64,000 nt of DNA. Source: Macrostomum lignano. Taxonomy: Eukaryota. The stretch spans positions 1-64,000 of the forward strand of contig NIVC01001478.1 of NCBI GenBank assembly GCA_002269645.1. The letters run 5' to 3'. Both the position numbers and the translations under genes were made by a program. Shown piece after piece: positions 46,501 to 59,762 of the stretch (positions are counted from its first letter, which is position 1; the number at the start of each line of letters is the position of its first letter). The notes beneath the pieces were generated by a model that did not search any database, was not told the origin of the DNA, and was given only the letters and a program-made list of their open reading frames with translations.

Positions 46501-49500
46501 TAGGCTGTAAACATCATTAAAACACGATTCAAGGTCGAGGTCGAGGCTTCAGTTTTGTTTTCGAGCAAGAAATAGAAATGATTAAATAATTGTAAAGCAA
46601 TAAATGCCACTACACTGTGTGCCCTGTCTTGTATTAGTTTGAGTGCAAATTCATGAATCATCTGTAGGTCAAAAAACGTTTGTTATTATCAAGAGTGAAT
46701 AAGTACAGTTCTTACTTAACATGGAAAATGGAAAATAAGTGCAGTTGAAAATAATATTTACTGAAGTTGAATTCCGCAGCTCATTTTGTATAAGCGTGAT
46801 GCAAAAGTACTTCTGTCTCTGAGATATTTTGGTCCCTAGCTTTGGAATTAGCTGATAACAATTTGCTTATTTTTTAATGTGTCTGTCAATTCGTATCTTT
46901 TTATCTTCGGAAGTTTACTTTGCTTTGTTTAGTTAGCCAGTCAAGTCAAGTCAAGTTAGCCAGTTTAATAAGTGCTAAATTTCCAACTAAAAGTACAAGC
47001 ATGTCTGCAGGTGAGGTAAACTAGATCAGTTGCACTACAATAACTGATTATTACAGGTATAATCGCAGTTAAGGCTAAAACAGTTCTTACCATTTTCTAC
47101 GCTAAGGTACTCCCTCTCTCTAGTCTAGTGCATTTTGGGTGTAAAACAAGCTCTTGCTTCGTTCCCCTCTGGTCCTTGGGTTCATGCAAACATTTTTCTT
47201 TCAATGTCAACTCTCAACTTGTCAGTCGTCCTCGCCCCTCCCCTAGCCGCCGCCACTGGAGCCTTGGGGTTGTTTTTTGTCTGCAAAGTACAAATACGAG
47301 CAATTATTAGGTCATCACCTATGATAAAATTCATATTGAAGCTGTAGTCTAGCTAATAATGGAGAATTAGATTTGACAAAAACAAAATGCCAAGCATAGG
47401 TGGGCGAGTGAGGTAAAGTAAGGCTTTGGTTTTGAAACTGAGAGGTCGCGTCAGTTGAAATTCGCAAGACCATTCGCTTCGTGCATGCTTTGCCGTCAGT
47501 TCTAAACTTTTCTAACTCACCACCCCCAACCCCCCTGGCCTGTTTACTGCCTGTCCCAGCCAATAGCGTTGCTCCTCGCCTTCCCTCTTCAAGGTCGCGC
47601 CCTGGGCTTGGGCAACCCCGCACTGGAATTCCCCGCAATAAACCCCATAGCTGATGAAATTTCTCTGGTTGTGTTATGCCTTGTAGGCCTGTAGGGTCAT
47701 GCAAGAACAATGCCGCTGAAGGCCTTGCGCCCTGAGTCTTTCAACCTTTAACGCCCACCTCACCTCCCTTGTTTCAGAAACCTATTAAAGGGCTGTCCCC
47801 TAAGTTTGCATGATTCAAAACCCAATCGTGTATTGACTAGATTACCTTTACTTTTTATATCAAGCGTTGTCTGCCTGCAAAGGTTCTCAGAAAGTTTTCC
47901 AATGACTAGAGAAGCAGCCACCGAGTCAATGCCTATAAGGCAGACTAGTCGAAGAAAGCGTTCTCCACAGAAGCCCACTGAATCTGCCTGCACTGCCTGC
48001 ACTATGTGTCTGTCTAGTAGTTTAGGCGCCAACGTTGGGCGCAAACGGAGCTCTGCTAGTAACAAAGAGTGGAGCCGAGCGGATACAGAGTATTACAGAA
48101 TGCTGGCCGATCGGTATCGGGACAGCTTGCGTCGTAGCAGAGATAGCGAACAATTTGGCAAGCCCTTGGCTAATGGCGCCAAGGCGGCATCAGCTGACGC
48201 AGTGGACAATGCCGCTGTTCCACCGTCTTTGCAGGATTCGTTGAACATGCGAGTGCCCAGGCCACGCATCGATCGAGCTTCGAACTTCATCAAGCAATGC
48301 GACCTGGTGCCACTCGATCCGACTATGCAGCCGCAACAGTTGCCTCGGCGACGCCATTACAATACGCTGAATGGCGACGGCGACGAGGACGCCGGCGCCG
48401 CCGGTGAATCGACGGCTGGCAACCTTGTAGCCCTGTCGGCTCACGAGCTCGACCAGGAGCAGGTGGAGCGGAGTCAGGCGCTTCTGCTGGAACAGTTCCA
48501 CGAATGGCACAGGTGCTGCAATATGTTCCACGTTATGGCCTATCACCCGGACTACCTGGCCATATTTTTGCAGTTCCACAATACTCTGCTCCAAGGCAAT
48601 GGTCCTATTGGCGTTGCCGAGCGTCACTACCTGGCTATCATGGTGAGTTCCCAGTTCCCATGACCTTTCTCCAATGATTATAGAATACAGTTTTATAGAA
48701 ACTTAAAGCTATTATCTGCAGTAAATAGTAGGTTTGCTCATCATTTGTTAAAACATTTATTTGATCAGCTGACTTCTTAATGTTTACTATCAACAGGCCG
48801 CCGCGAGACACCGCTGCTCCTACCTGGTGCACCTGCACGCTATCGAATTTTTGCACCTGTCCGGCGATCCGGAGTGGCTGCGCGGCCTCGCTCACGCCTC
48901 GCCCAAGATGCGCAAGTTGGGCCCACTGTGCCGCCTGCTGGCCCACCGGCCGTGGGACGTCACCCCAGCCGTGCTCCGCAGCCTGCTGTCCGGGCCAGAC
49001 TCCTACTCTCAAAGCGAGTTCGTCCACGCCCTCTGCCTGCTGTCCCATTTCATCGCCCTGTCCGGCTTCGTGGCCGGCACCGGGGTCCGGCCGGAGCTGG
49101 ACTTTCCGCACGGCCACACCTATCAGTTTGACAGCGGCGCAGACCGGTTCGGCCTGCACGCAAGCGCCGGCGGCAGCATGAACGGCAGCTGCGGTGTACC
49201 GGCAAGTCCGGCGCCGTCTAGCCCTGGGGTGAGCAGCCGTAATTAGTACTTGAAAATGAACTTTTATTGTACAGCTTTGTCAATATTTCGCTTAGAATGT
49301 CGATCATTTCTAAACAACTTGATGGTAAACTAATTAGCTGTGGACAAGCAAATAATATCAACTTATGTTGGACCTAAATACTTAGTGAAAAACGTAAAAC
49401 TGCTACGAACTGTAGCCATAACTGTTCAGCTTGTGTGCTAATAATATTAGTTTGCTTTACCGCCTACGCAATGCACCCTTTCTCGTCTTAAAGAGTGAGT

Positions 49501-50747
49501 GATAGAAGCTCCGATGCCCACTCTGCTTCTCTCGGCAAATGCCGACTGTGAAAGGCTTGTGGAAAATCCCCGGGTTTTTTCCACTTCTGCATACTGCCTG
49601 CGCTGTACAGTCTGTCCTCCTCCTCGGCCCTGCCGTACTCTCTCCCTCATGCTAGATGCAAATCCTAATTCCTTTTCCTATCTTTCATCCTCTCTTTGAC
49701 CTCCCTTCCTTCTATTCAATCTTGATTTGCACTTTTCTTTCTTTTTTTCATGAAGCTGTGCTCTAACAAGCAAATAAAGGCTTTAAAAGGAATTCAAATT
49801 CGAAACTATCTAGCTAGCATCATTGAGTTAAGCATGTGATAAGCAGTTAATCAAAATCGTTAATTCCTAATCCCCGTACCCTCCCCTCGCCTGCCAGGCT
49901 GACCCAAAGCAGCGAGTGCTAGACCTCATGGAGGCGATGAAGAGCATTGATGGTACAGTCGAATCCGGCCTGCCCGAGGACCAGCTGCTCGAACGATTCG
50001 AAACCATGGAAGAGGAGACCGCCGGTATTCGATTTCACAAGGCCGCCTCTAAAGAGCAACTAAGCGACAGCAGTGTTGAGCAGGTCTGCGCCGAGCTCGC
50101 CAACTTCTGCGACGATCCCAGCTTTGAGTACAAAGACTTCCATCAGGTTAAGCAGGACACCAAGTGCCACAGCTTCCGCATCCAGGACTACTCCTGGGAG
50201 GAGGACGGCAGCTGCCTCATTGACCGCTTCTTGCCAGCCTTTGGCACGGAGCTGAACCGGCGCTTCCAGGCCTGCTCCAGCCTCACCTACGGCACAATGG
50301 GCCCCAATCAGGACGTAGAGACCACGCCATTCAGGCGGGCTATCTGGTACTATATACTGAGCATATTCGGCCTCAGGCACGACGACTATGATTATCAACT
50401 AATTAACAAGCTGCTCAACATCGACCTGAAGAAGTACTGCAAGTTGGTGGCCTGCTGTCCAGACCAGGTTACTAAGGCCCACTATAAGGGCGCCATGCCC
50501 GGCTTCAGGCAGTCTGAAAAGGTAAGAACTGCCTTTACACTAATTAGATAACGAGGCATTTGCTTATGAAGATGCACGAATTTCTACTCCGGCCGTTTAC
50601 CCCGTGCACAATTATAATCATGGTTGATAAAATCCCCTCACCATCCTCCAGGTGCACGTGAACCTGGTGATCATGGACTCCAGGATGCAGGCCAGCCTAC
50701 TCTACGGCCTTCGCGCTCTCAACAGTCACATGACCGAGCAGCAGTAG
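43512..50747 (+). CDS. SESN: Sestrin (long-N-terminus form, 630 aa)
   Basis: Exons 43512-43844, 48235-48642, 48797-49228, 49898-50521 and 50652-50747; all phase 0 and GT-AG. Motifs: VMAYHPDYL..GPIGVAERHYLAIMAAARHRCSYLV, LAHRPW, SEFVHALCLLSHF, YSWEEDG, LTYGTM, FRRAIWYY, GLRHDDYDY, SEKVHVNL..RMQASLLYGLRA. Exon 1 resembles the N-terminus of the long SESN1 isoform as recalled (LL.L.K..P..D.REK...L..Q). Confidence 0.95.
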
Positions 50748-52799
50748 CCTTGGCAACCTGTCAAGTCTGACTGCTTCCGTTTCAAACTTATATTTATATA
50801 TTTATTCGCAGACACCTTCATAGATTGAATTCGAGACTCCGCATGCTGAGCTAGTAAAATAAAGCTGATTTTTATTTGTCCCCACGCCTAATCACTGTCT
50901 GTCTCTCGATCTCCCTCCCCGTCATGCATTTTAAATTCGATGCTTTACTTACAAATTCAGAGCATACGCGTGCATAGATAATGTGCCAGTTGTTCAGTGG
51001 CTGGACTCGCCGCCCACACAATTTTGTATTTCTCTCTCTGTCCTTAGTGTTGCCGCCCCAATCGCTTCATGGTATTTTTTGTTTAATCGCTTTGATAATG
51101 CCTGACCGGTAAATATTAACGAATGTGTTCTAAACTATTACTAATTCTAAATTATACTAATAAAAGTTTAACGGGCTTTTTAGTGCCGCCATTGATTGAT
51201 TCGTGCTTTTATTTTGTTGGAGCGAATTGGCACATTTCGGCTCTTCCTGTGGTGGCTCGTTTTCAGTGTTTGTATTAAGCCTCTTATATCTGCATAGTTA
51301 GCTGCGCTTTCATCTGCCAGATGAAGCTTACACCGAGTCAGTTTGCTAGTTGCTAACTGCCTGCTATTTTAGCTATTCTATCCTTTATTTTAAAGCATAG
51401 CTCTTCTCTGAATCTGCTATACCAACAAGTCATTAGTTTGATGAGTAATTCTAAATTATTTATCAGTTTATGTAATGCTTAGCATTTCATTACCAAATCT
51501 ATACATATATCGAGCAAGGCTAAACTGTCATTGTCTAAAAGATACGGTGTTTCTCAATTTATTATTAATCTATTTGCCGAATGTAATTTATGTGTATGCC
51601 ATATTGTCTTTTTATATATTATTATCATATTAATTGTGAGAAAATGGAAAATTGCATTCAAAACAACCCGGCCCATGGCAGGCAAGAGCAACAACGCACT
51701 TCTTTCATGTAAAGTTTTACTACGACAACTTTCTTGTGCTGTAATTGCTATTACTATTAATATTAGTTATGATTTATGATTATTATCATTAAGGATTTAT
51801 TGGTCTGGCTTCCCATTCCTGTGGGAGAATTGCAGTCGGTGTGTGTATTTCATGTCTACAAGACCTTGTAACGGGAGCGCCTCCCTGATCACTGCGCCCT
51901 TGCAGCTCGGATTCTCTATTAGAATCGTATATTTTTCTCCCAAGCAAAGGTGTACTTGAAGAAAATTGACTGCGTTGAGCAGTTAGCAAGTTTTTTTCCA
52001 AAGAAAAATCCCCTCTTCTTTCCTGTTTCACATTATTGTCCTCTTCTTTCTACGTCATTTTTCTGTATTGTTTATACTTTTTTATATTTAACGGACAAGC
52101 GTTAAATAGGTAAGACTTGGTCTTTGGCTGGTAATCTCAATCTCTTATTAATAATAAACTGTACTAATGCCCGTAGCATAGCTTGTTACTAAGGATTCTT
52201 AGCGAATTTTCTCCTTTACCTTTAAACAACTATTTTTCACATAAAATCGTTTATCTGGGTGTCTTTTTTAATCTGTTTTTATTGGTTTCATTTCTGTTTC
52301 CCAAATTCGTGGAATTGTTTGTCAGACAATGCAGTGCGGCCGAGTTTGTATTCGGACAATCGCTGCGCGCCTTTTTTCTGATTAACTAGCGGTCAATGGC
52401 TAAAATGATGGCTTCTGTGCTCTTTAACTAATTGCTTTTTAGTCTTTAACTTGCTTTAGGTTGCAATTCTGCGTGCTGAAAGTGAAACCCTTTAACCTTA
52501 GTGATTTTTCTTCGACGGGTTTCCCTCGATAGGCTCAGAGCCGAACTCCCTCGAAGTTCGGCTAGGAATACAAATCAATAACAAGCAAAATCATATATTG
52601 CACCGACTTCGCAGTTCCTCTTAGCGCTAAGCCGTTTAATCTGCTTCATTTTTCGATCCGTCTTCCTTCCTTTCTTTAAAAGTTGAATGCGGCAGAAATG
52701 TCTCTTCACTCGATGCTGTCAGTCTCCGTGTTTGCAGAAAATATCGGAGCGCTTTCATAGCTCCGACAGACCGACAGACCGACAGGCTTAATCCTAACG

Positions 52800-54560
52800 G
52801 TGATATGAAGTGTCGGAGATATGAAGTGTCCGAGACATGAAGTGTCGGAGATATGAAGTGTCCGAGACATGAAGTGTAGGAGATATGGAGTGTCGGAGAT
52901 ATGGAGTGTCCGAGACATGAAGTGTCGGAGATATTGAGTATCGGTGATATGAAGTGTCGGAGATATTGAGTATCGGACATACATGCGCAACCCCCTGATT
53001 TACACTGGCCATGCGACTTACTTTTTGACCAAAAATGCGACTTACCTGTAAAAGAAACCCTAACGCAATTTTGGGTAAACGGCAGGAGTAACTATGACTG
53101 TCTTATAAGGTATAAATGCCTCGTCATCTAATTAGTACCATGTCCGCATTCTTCAGGCTGGGAATTTTTGCGACTTACCCCTGGTCCACCACAATTTACG
53201 GTGGCCAGATCGGCCAGGTCGGCCAGCAGTTGCGCATGTATGGTATCGGAGATATGAAGTGTCCGAGATATTAAGTATCGGATATATTGAGTGTCAGAGG
53301 GATATAATGTGTCAGGTATATGAATTGTCGGAGATATGAAGTATCGGAGATATGAAGTGTCAGAGAGATATAAAGTGTCGGAGATATTAGTATCGGAGGT
53401 ATGAAGTGTCGGGTATATGAATTGTCGGAGATGGAGTGTCGGAGATATTAGTATCGGAGGTATGAAGTGTCGGGTATATGAATTGTCGGAGATGGAGTGT
53501 CGGAGATATTAGTATCGGAGGTATGAAGTGTCGGGTATATGAATTGTCGGAGATGGAGTGTCGGAGATATTAGTATCGGAGATATGAAGTGTCGGGTATA
53601 TGAATTGTCGGAGATAGAGTGTCGGAGATATTAGTATCGGAGGTATGAAGTGTCGGGTATATGAATTGTCGGAGATATTAGTATCAGAGATGAAGTGTCG
53701 GGTATATGAATTGTCGGAGATATTAGTATCAGAGATGAAGTGTCGGGTATATGAATTGTCGGAGATATGCAGTATCGGAGATGAAGTGTCGGAGATATTA
53801 GTATCGGAGATATTAGTATCGGAGGTATGAAGTGTCGGGTATATGAATTGTCGGAGATGAAGTGTCGGAGATATTAGTATCGGAGATATGAAGTGTCGGG
53901 TATATGAATTGTCGGAGATGAAGTGTCGGAGATATTAGTATCGGAGATATGAAGTGTCGGGTATATGAATTGTCGGAGATAGAGTGTCGGAGATATTAGT
54001 ATCGGAGGTATGAAGTGTCGGGTATATGAATTGTCGGAGATATTAGTATCAGAGATGAAGTGTCGGGTATATGAATTGTCGGAGATATTAGTATCGGAGG
54101 TATGAAGTGTCGGGTATATGAATTGTCGGAGATATTAGTATCAGAGATGAAGTGTCGGGTATATGAATTGTCGGAGATATGCAGTATCGGAGATGAAGTG
54201 TCGGAGATATTAGTATCGGAGATATTAGTATCGGAGGTATGAAGTGTCGGGTATATGAATTGTCGGAGATATGCAGTATCGGAGATGAAGTGTCGGAGAT
54301 ATTAGTATCGGAGATATTAGTATCGGAGGTATGAAGTGTCGGGTATATGAATTGTCGGAGATGAAGTGTCGGAGATATTAGTATCGGAGATATGAAGTGT
54401 CGGGTATATGAATTGTCGGAGATGAAGTGTCGGAGATATTAGTATCGGAGTCCGGAGATATGAATTGTCGGAGATATGAAGTATCGGAGATGAAGTGTCG
54501 GAGATATTGAGTGTCAGAGAGATATAAAGTGTCGGAGATATGAAGTTTCGGAGTTGTGGA
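52800..54560. repeat. About 17-bp TGTCGGAGATATGAAG satellite in two blocks (about 52800-52980 and 53225-54560)
   Basis: The same unit, in the same orientation, lies on both sides of a roughly 250-bp non-repeat spacer. Confidence 0.92.
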
Positions 54561-55179
54561 AGAGCTGCTTTTCAGATATATTAAATTTCGGAACTATTCA
54601 GCCTCCCCCCCCCAAAAATTTTCTACACGGCAAACTTGTGCACAGTTGTTGAAAATTTTAGACAATAATAATGATATAAAGAAGATGCGCAAAGTTGCAA
54701 AGGGCAGCGCAGTCTCATTCACTGACATTTGAAAGAGAGAGTTGCGTACACTCGTATCTGTTATAGACATATGGGCACAAAAAGTCTTGAGACCTTTTTC
54801 AAAAGCTCAGTTTCGCAAGCAGATAGATGGCCTGCCTGCCAATGTGGAGAAATGTTGAATAGAGAGCTACTACTGTATGACAAATTGGCTGCTAGGCGGG
54901 TGTTTTTTGTAAGTTTCCATTCAAGCGTTTGGCAGCATCAGCACAAAAGTTCGCCCGAAAAATTCCGCTATTGTACTTACTCATAATCCGATTTAGAAAA
55001 ATATCCTACATTCAATTAGGCATATAGGTTCATTTCCCTAGCATGAAATTTCGCACTTTCAAATCAAGTGTTTTTACACGCTTCTGCTTGCTCAAATTTC
55101 TCTATTGTTAATACCATGACAACTTGAGCTTGTGAAGTTTTGCTGTTGTCAAAGCATAAAAGCTCTTAAACGTAAATTG

Positions 55180-58035
55180 GATGCAGGAACGGGGATAAAG
55201 ATGGGAGAGAAGGATAGAGGAAATGGGATGCAGGAACGGGGATAAAGATGGGAGAGAAGGATAGAGGAAATGGGATGCAGGAACGGGGATAAAGATGGGA
55301 GAGAAGGATAGAGGAAATGGGATGCAGGAACAGGGATAAAGATGGGAGACAGGGATAGAGGAAATGGGATGCAGGAACAGGGATAAAGATGGGAGACAGG
55401 GATAGAGGAAATGGGATGCAGGAACTAGGATAGAGATGGGAGAGAAGGATAGAGGAAATGGGATGCAGGAACAGGGATAAAGATGGGAGAGAAGGATAGA
55501 GGAAATGGGATGCAGGAACAGGGATAAAGATGGGAGAGAAGGATAGAGGAAATGGGATGCAGGAACGAGGATAAAGATGGGAGAGAAGGATAGAGGAAAT
55601 GGGATGCAGGAACGGTGATAAAGATAAGATGCAGGAACAGGGATAAAGATAGGAGAGAATGATAGAGGAAATGGGATGCAGGAACAGGGATAAAGATGGG
55701 AGAGAATGATAGAGGAAATGGGATGCAGGAACGGAGATAAAGATGGGATGCAGAAACAGGGATAAAGATGGGAGAGAAGGATAGAGGAAATGGGATGCAG
55801 GAACTGGGATAAAGATGGGAGAGGGATAGAGGAAATGGGATGCAGGAACAGGGATAAAGATGGGAGAGAAGGATAGAGGAAATGGGATGCAGGAACAGGG
55901 ATAAAGATGGGAGAGAGGGATAGAGGAAATGGGATGCAGGAACGGAGATAAAGATGGGATGCAGGAACAGGGATAAAGATGGGAGAGAAGGATAGAAGAA
56001 ATGTGATGCAGGAACGGAGATAAAGATGGGATGCAGGAACAGGGATTAAGATGGGAGAGAATGATAGAGGAAATGGGATGCAGGAACAGGGATAAAGATG
56101 GGAGAGAAGGATAGAGGAAATGGGATGGAGGAACGGGGATAAAGATGGGAGAGAAGGATAGAGGAAATGGGATGCAGGAACAGGGATAAAGATGGGAGAC
56201 AGGGATAGAGGAAATGGGATGCAGGAACAGGGATAAAGATGGGAGAGAAGGATAGAGGAAATGGGATGCAGGAACGAGGATAAAGATGGGAGACAGGGAT
56301 AGAGGAAATGGGATGCAGGAACGAGGATAAAGATGGGAGAGAAGGATAGAGGAAATGGGATGCAGGAATGGTAATAAAGATGGGATGCAGAAACAGGGAT
56401 AAAGATGGGAGAGAAGGATAGAGGAAATGGGATGCAGGAACGAGGATAAAGATGGGAGAGAAGGATAGAGGAAATGGGATGCAGGAACGGTGATAAAGAT
56501 AAGATGCAGGAACAGGGATAAAGATAGGAGAGAATGATAGAGGAAATGGGATGCAGGAACAGGGATAAAGATGGGAGAGAATGATAGAGGAAATGGGATG
56601 CAGGAACGGAGATAAAGATGGGATGCAGAAACAGGGATAAAGATGGGAGAGAAGGATAGAGGAAATGGGATGCAGGAACTGGGATAAAGATGGGAGAGGG
56701 ATAGAGGAAATGGGATGCAGGAACAGGGATAAAGATGGGAGAGAAGGATAGAGGAAATGGGATGCAGGAACAGGGATAAAGATGGGAGAGAGGGATAGAG
56801 GAAATGGGATGCAGGAACGGAGATAAAGATGGGATGCAGGAACAGGGATAAAGATGGGAGAGAAGGATAGAAGAAATGTGATGCAGGAACGGAGATAAAG
56901 ATGGGATGCAGGAACAGGGATTAAGATGGGAGAGAATGATAGAGGAAATGGGATGCAGGAACAGGGATAAAGATGGGAGAGAAGGATAGAGGAAATGGGA
57001 TGGAGGAACGGGGATAAAGATGGGAGAGAAGGATAGAGGAAATGGGATGCAGGAACAGGGATAAAGATGGGAGACAGGGATAGAGGAAATGGGATGCAGG
57101 AACAGGGATAAAGATGGGAGAGAAGGATAGAGGAAATGGGATGCAGGAACGAGGATAAAGATGGGAGACAGGGATAGAGGAAATGGGATGCAGGAACGAG
57201 GATAAAGATGGGAGAGAAGGATAGAGGAAATGGGATGCAGGAATGGTAATAAAGATGGGATGCAGAAACAGGGATAAAGATGGGAGAGAAGGATAGAGGA
57301 AATGGGATGCAGGAACTGGGATAAAGATGGGAGAGAAGGATAGAGGAAATGGGATGCAGGAACAGGGATAAGGATGGGAGAGGGATAGAGGAAATGGGAT
57401 GCAGGAACAGGGATAAAGATGGGAGAGAAGGATAGAGGAAATTGGATGCAGGAACAGGGATAAAGTTGGGAGAGAAGGATAGAGGAAATGGGATGCAGGA
57501 ACGGGGATAAAGATGGGATGCAGGAACAGGGATAAAGATGGGAGAGAAGGATAGAAGAAATGGGATGCAGGAACGGAGATAAAGATGGGATGCAGGAACA
57601 GGGATAAAGATGGGAGAGAAGGATAGAAGAAATGGGATGCAGGAACAGGGATAAAAATGGGAGAGAATGATAGAGGAAATGGGATGCAGGAACAGGGATA
57701 AAGGTGGGAGAGAAGGATAGAGGAAATGGGATGCAGGAACAGGGATAAAGATGGGAGAGAAGGATAGAAGAAATGGGATGCAGGAACGGGGATAAAGATG
57801 GGAGAGAAGGATAGAGGAAACGGGGTGCAGGAACAGGGATAAAGGTGGGAGAGAAGGATAGAGGAAATGGGATGCAGGAACAGGGATAAAGATGGGAGAG
57901 AAGGATAGAGGAAATGGGATGCAGGAACAGGGATAAAGATGGGAGAGGGATAGAGGAAACGGGATGCACGAACAGGGATAAAGGTGGGAGAGGAGGATAG
58001 AAGAAATGGGATGCAGGAACAGGGATAAAGATGGG
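55180..58035. repeat. 47-bp purine-rich satellite with an 875-bp higher-order duplication
   Basis: GATGGGAGAGAAGGATAGAGGAAATGGGATGCAGGAACAGGGATAAA units. Rare variants recur 875 bp apart (55611/56486, 56001/56876, 56126/57001, 56371/57246). Explains the 953 aa and 396 aa ORFs. Confidence 0.96.
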
Positions 58036-59279
58036 ATTGATGAAGAAACACAGATAAAAGAGACCTGTAAATCAGCATTTTTGTGTCATGGAATTTAAAT
58101 AACGAAAGCATTATTGAAGTAAATTAAAATGTATCAAATTTTCAATGGGTGCTTTAGCCCAGAATTAGCATCTGAAATAATTTAGTGGTTAATAGCTGAT
58201 GGGAATTTTCTGTTGACAACATAGATTAGTTTTTTACTCGCAGTCACTCCGCGGTAGCTATGATAAATGAATATATTAATAATAGTTTACGGAAAAGTAT
58301 AAACAGTTTCGTGTCTATAAATGTACGCTCCAGGTGGTGCTAAAAGGGCGTACAGTCTGTGTGGGTACATTCGAAGGTATTGCGAACACTGAAAGCATTA
58401 AATGCATATATGCCCAGTACACAGGTGTGAAAAAATATGAGTTTTACTTTAATTGCCACGCCTGGCACAAAGGTTTACATGGTAACACAGCTCATTAGGT
58501 GTTTTAATCAGATGTAATTGTGTGTCATTCGGCAATGGGAAAGGAAAGATCCAGCATTGGGTCATATCGAATAGGGAAGTTCCGGTGAGTTCAACAAGAA
58601 ATTGCTGCATGCATACAGTAAGGATAAATGTAATATTCCATGGGATCAGAGCACGAGGCTTGCGACTTTCAATTGGGAATCGAAATTAGCAATTTTTGGA
58701 CGGCAATGAAAAAAATATGATTGCCAGCATCAGCACATTTCAGCATTGAATTTTTAATAAGTTACGCATATAACAGCCAATCCTGAGGCAGACAATTATT
58801 TTGTTTAATGGCATGGGGGCGGTAACAGTAGTAAAAACCAAATATTAACGAAAACCAATTAAAGTATTAGGCTTCACAACATAAAAAGATCAGAAGTCAT
58901 TGAATTTCAAATTTAACAGAATTTGACGCAGTAAAATTTTTGGACGCTTTTCAAAACAAAACTGATTGAAGAAGCAAATTAAAATAGTAAAATCAAATGC
59001 GCTTTTTCGGAACAGGAAAGCTTTGTCGCGAAAGATTTGGTTTTGAGAGATGATAATGCGGACTGCTTTGCCGCTTATGACTATACGAGGAAGGCTTGTT
59101 GAGTAGACGGGCAGGTCGCATCAAGGTTACACAAAGTTTATTAGTCTGTTTTTTGTGAGGCCAGCACTTGATTGACTTGCCGCATTACGACTTCCGTAGC
59201 GTAGATAAAGTTGCATCAGGTGTCTGTTTTTTTCATCTTGAATCATTTTTACGATATGTCTTAGTATAAAATGTCTTTA

Positions 59280-59625
59280 CCGGTTTCACCGGTTTTATCG
59301 AGGTATAGGACAAGGTTTCACCGGTTGTACCGAGGTATAGGACAGGGTTTCACCGGTTGTACCGAGGTATAGGACAGGGTTTCACCGGTTTTATCGAGGT
59401 ATAGGACAGGGTTTCACCGGTTGTACCGAGGTATAGGACAGGGTTTCACCGGTTTTATCGAGGTATAGGACAGGGTTTCACCGGTTGTACCGAGGTATAG
59501 GACAGGGTTTCACCGGTTGTACCGAGGTATAGGACAGGGTTTCACCGGTTGTACCGAGGTATAGGACAGTGTTTCACCGGTTGTACCGAGGTATAGGACA
59601 GGGTTACACCGGTTGTACCGAGGCG
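59280..59625. repeat. 32-bp minisatellite
   Basis: GGTTTCACCGGTTGTACCGAGGTATAGGACAG repeated about 11 times. Confidence 0.93.
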
Positions 59626-59762
59626 ATAGAACAGGGTGATTATCATTTAAAAAAGAGTATTAAAATATGGGTTAAAAAGCTTGGCTTATCCCGGGTAACG
59701 CACAATAATCCATCAGCGTGCGTACGTGCTCCTCCCAGGTACAAAGCTAACGCATTGACTCC

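Noticed and set aside
47128-47760. 131 aa minus-strand ORF and a GC-rich patch in Sestrin intron 1
   Set aside because: No recognisable domain or splice logic; more likely promoter or repeat sequence ahead of the alternative Sestrin start.
55108-58111. 953 aa and 396 aa minus-strand ORFs
   Set aside because: Translations of the 47-bp satellite; unit lengths vary without preserving frame.
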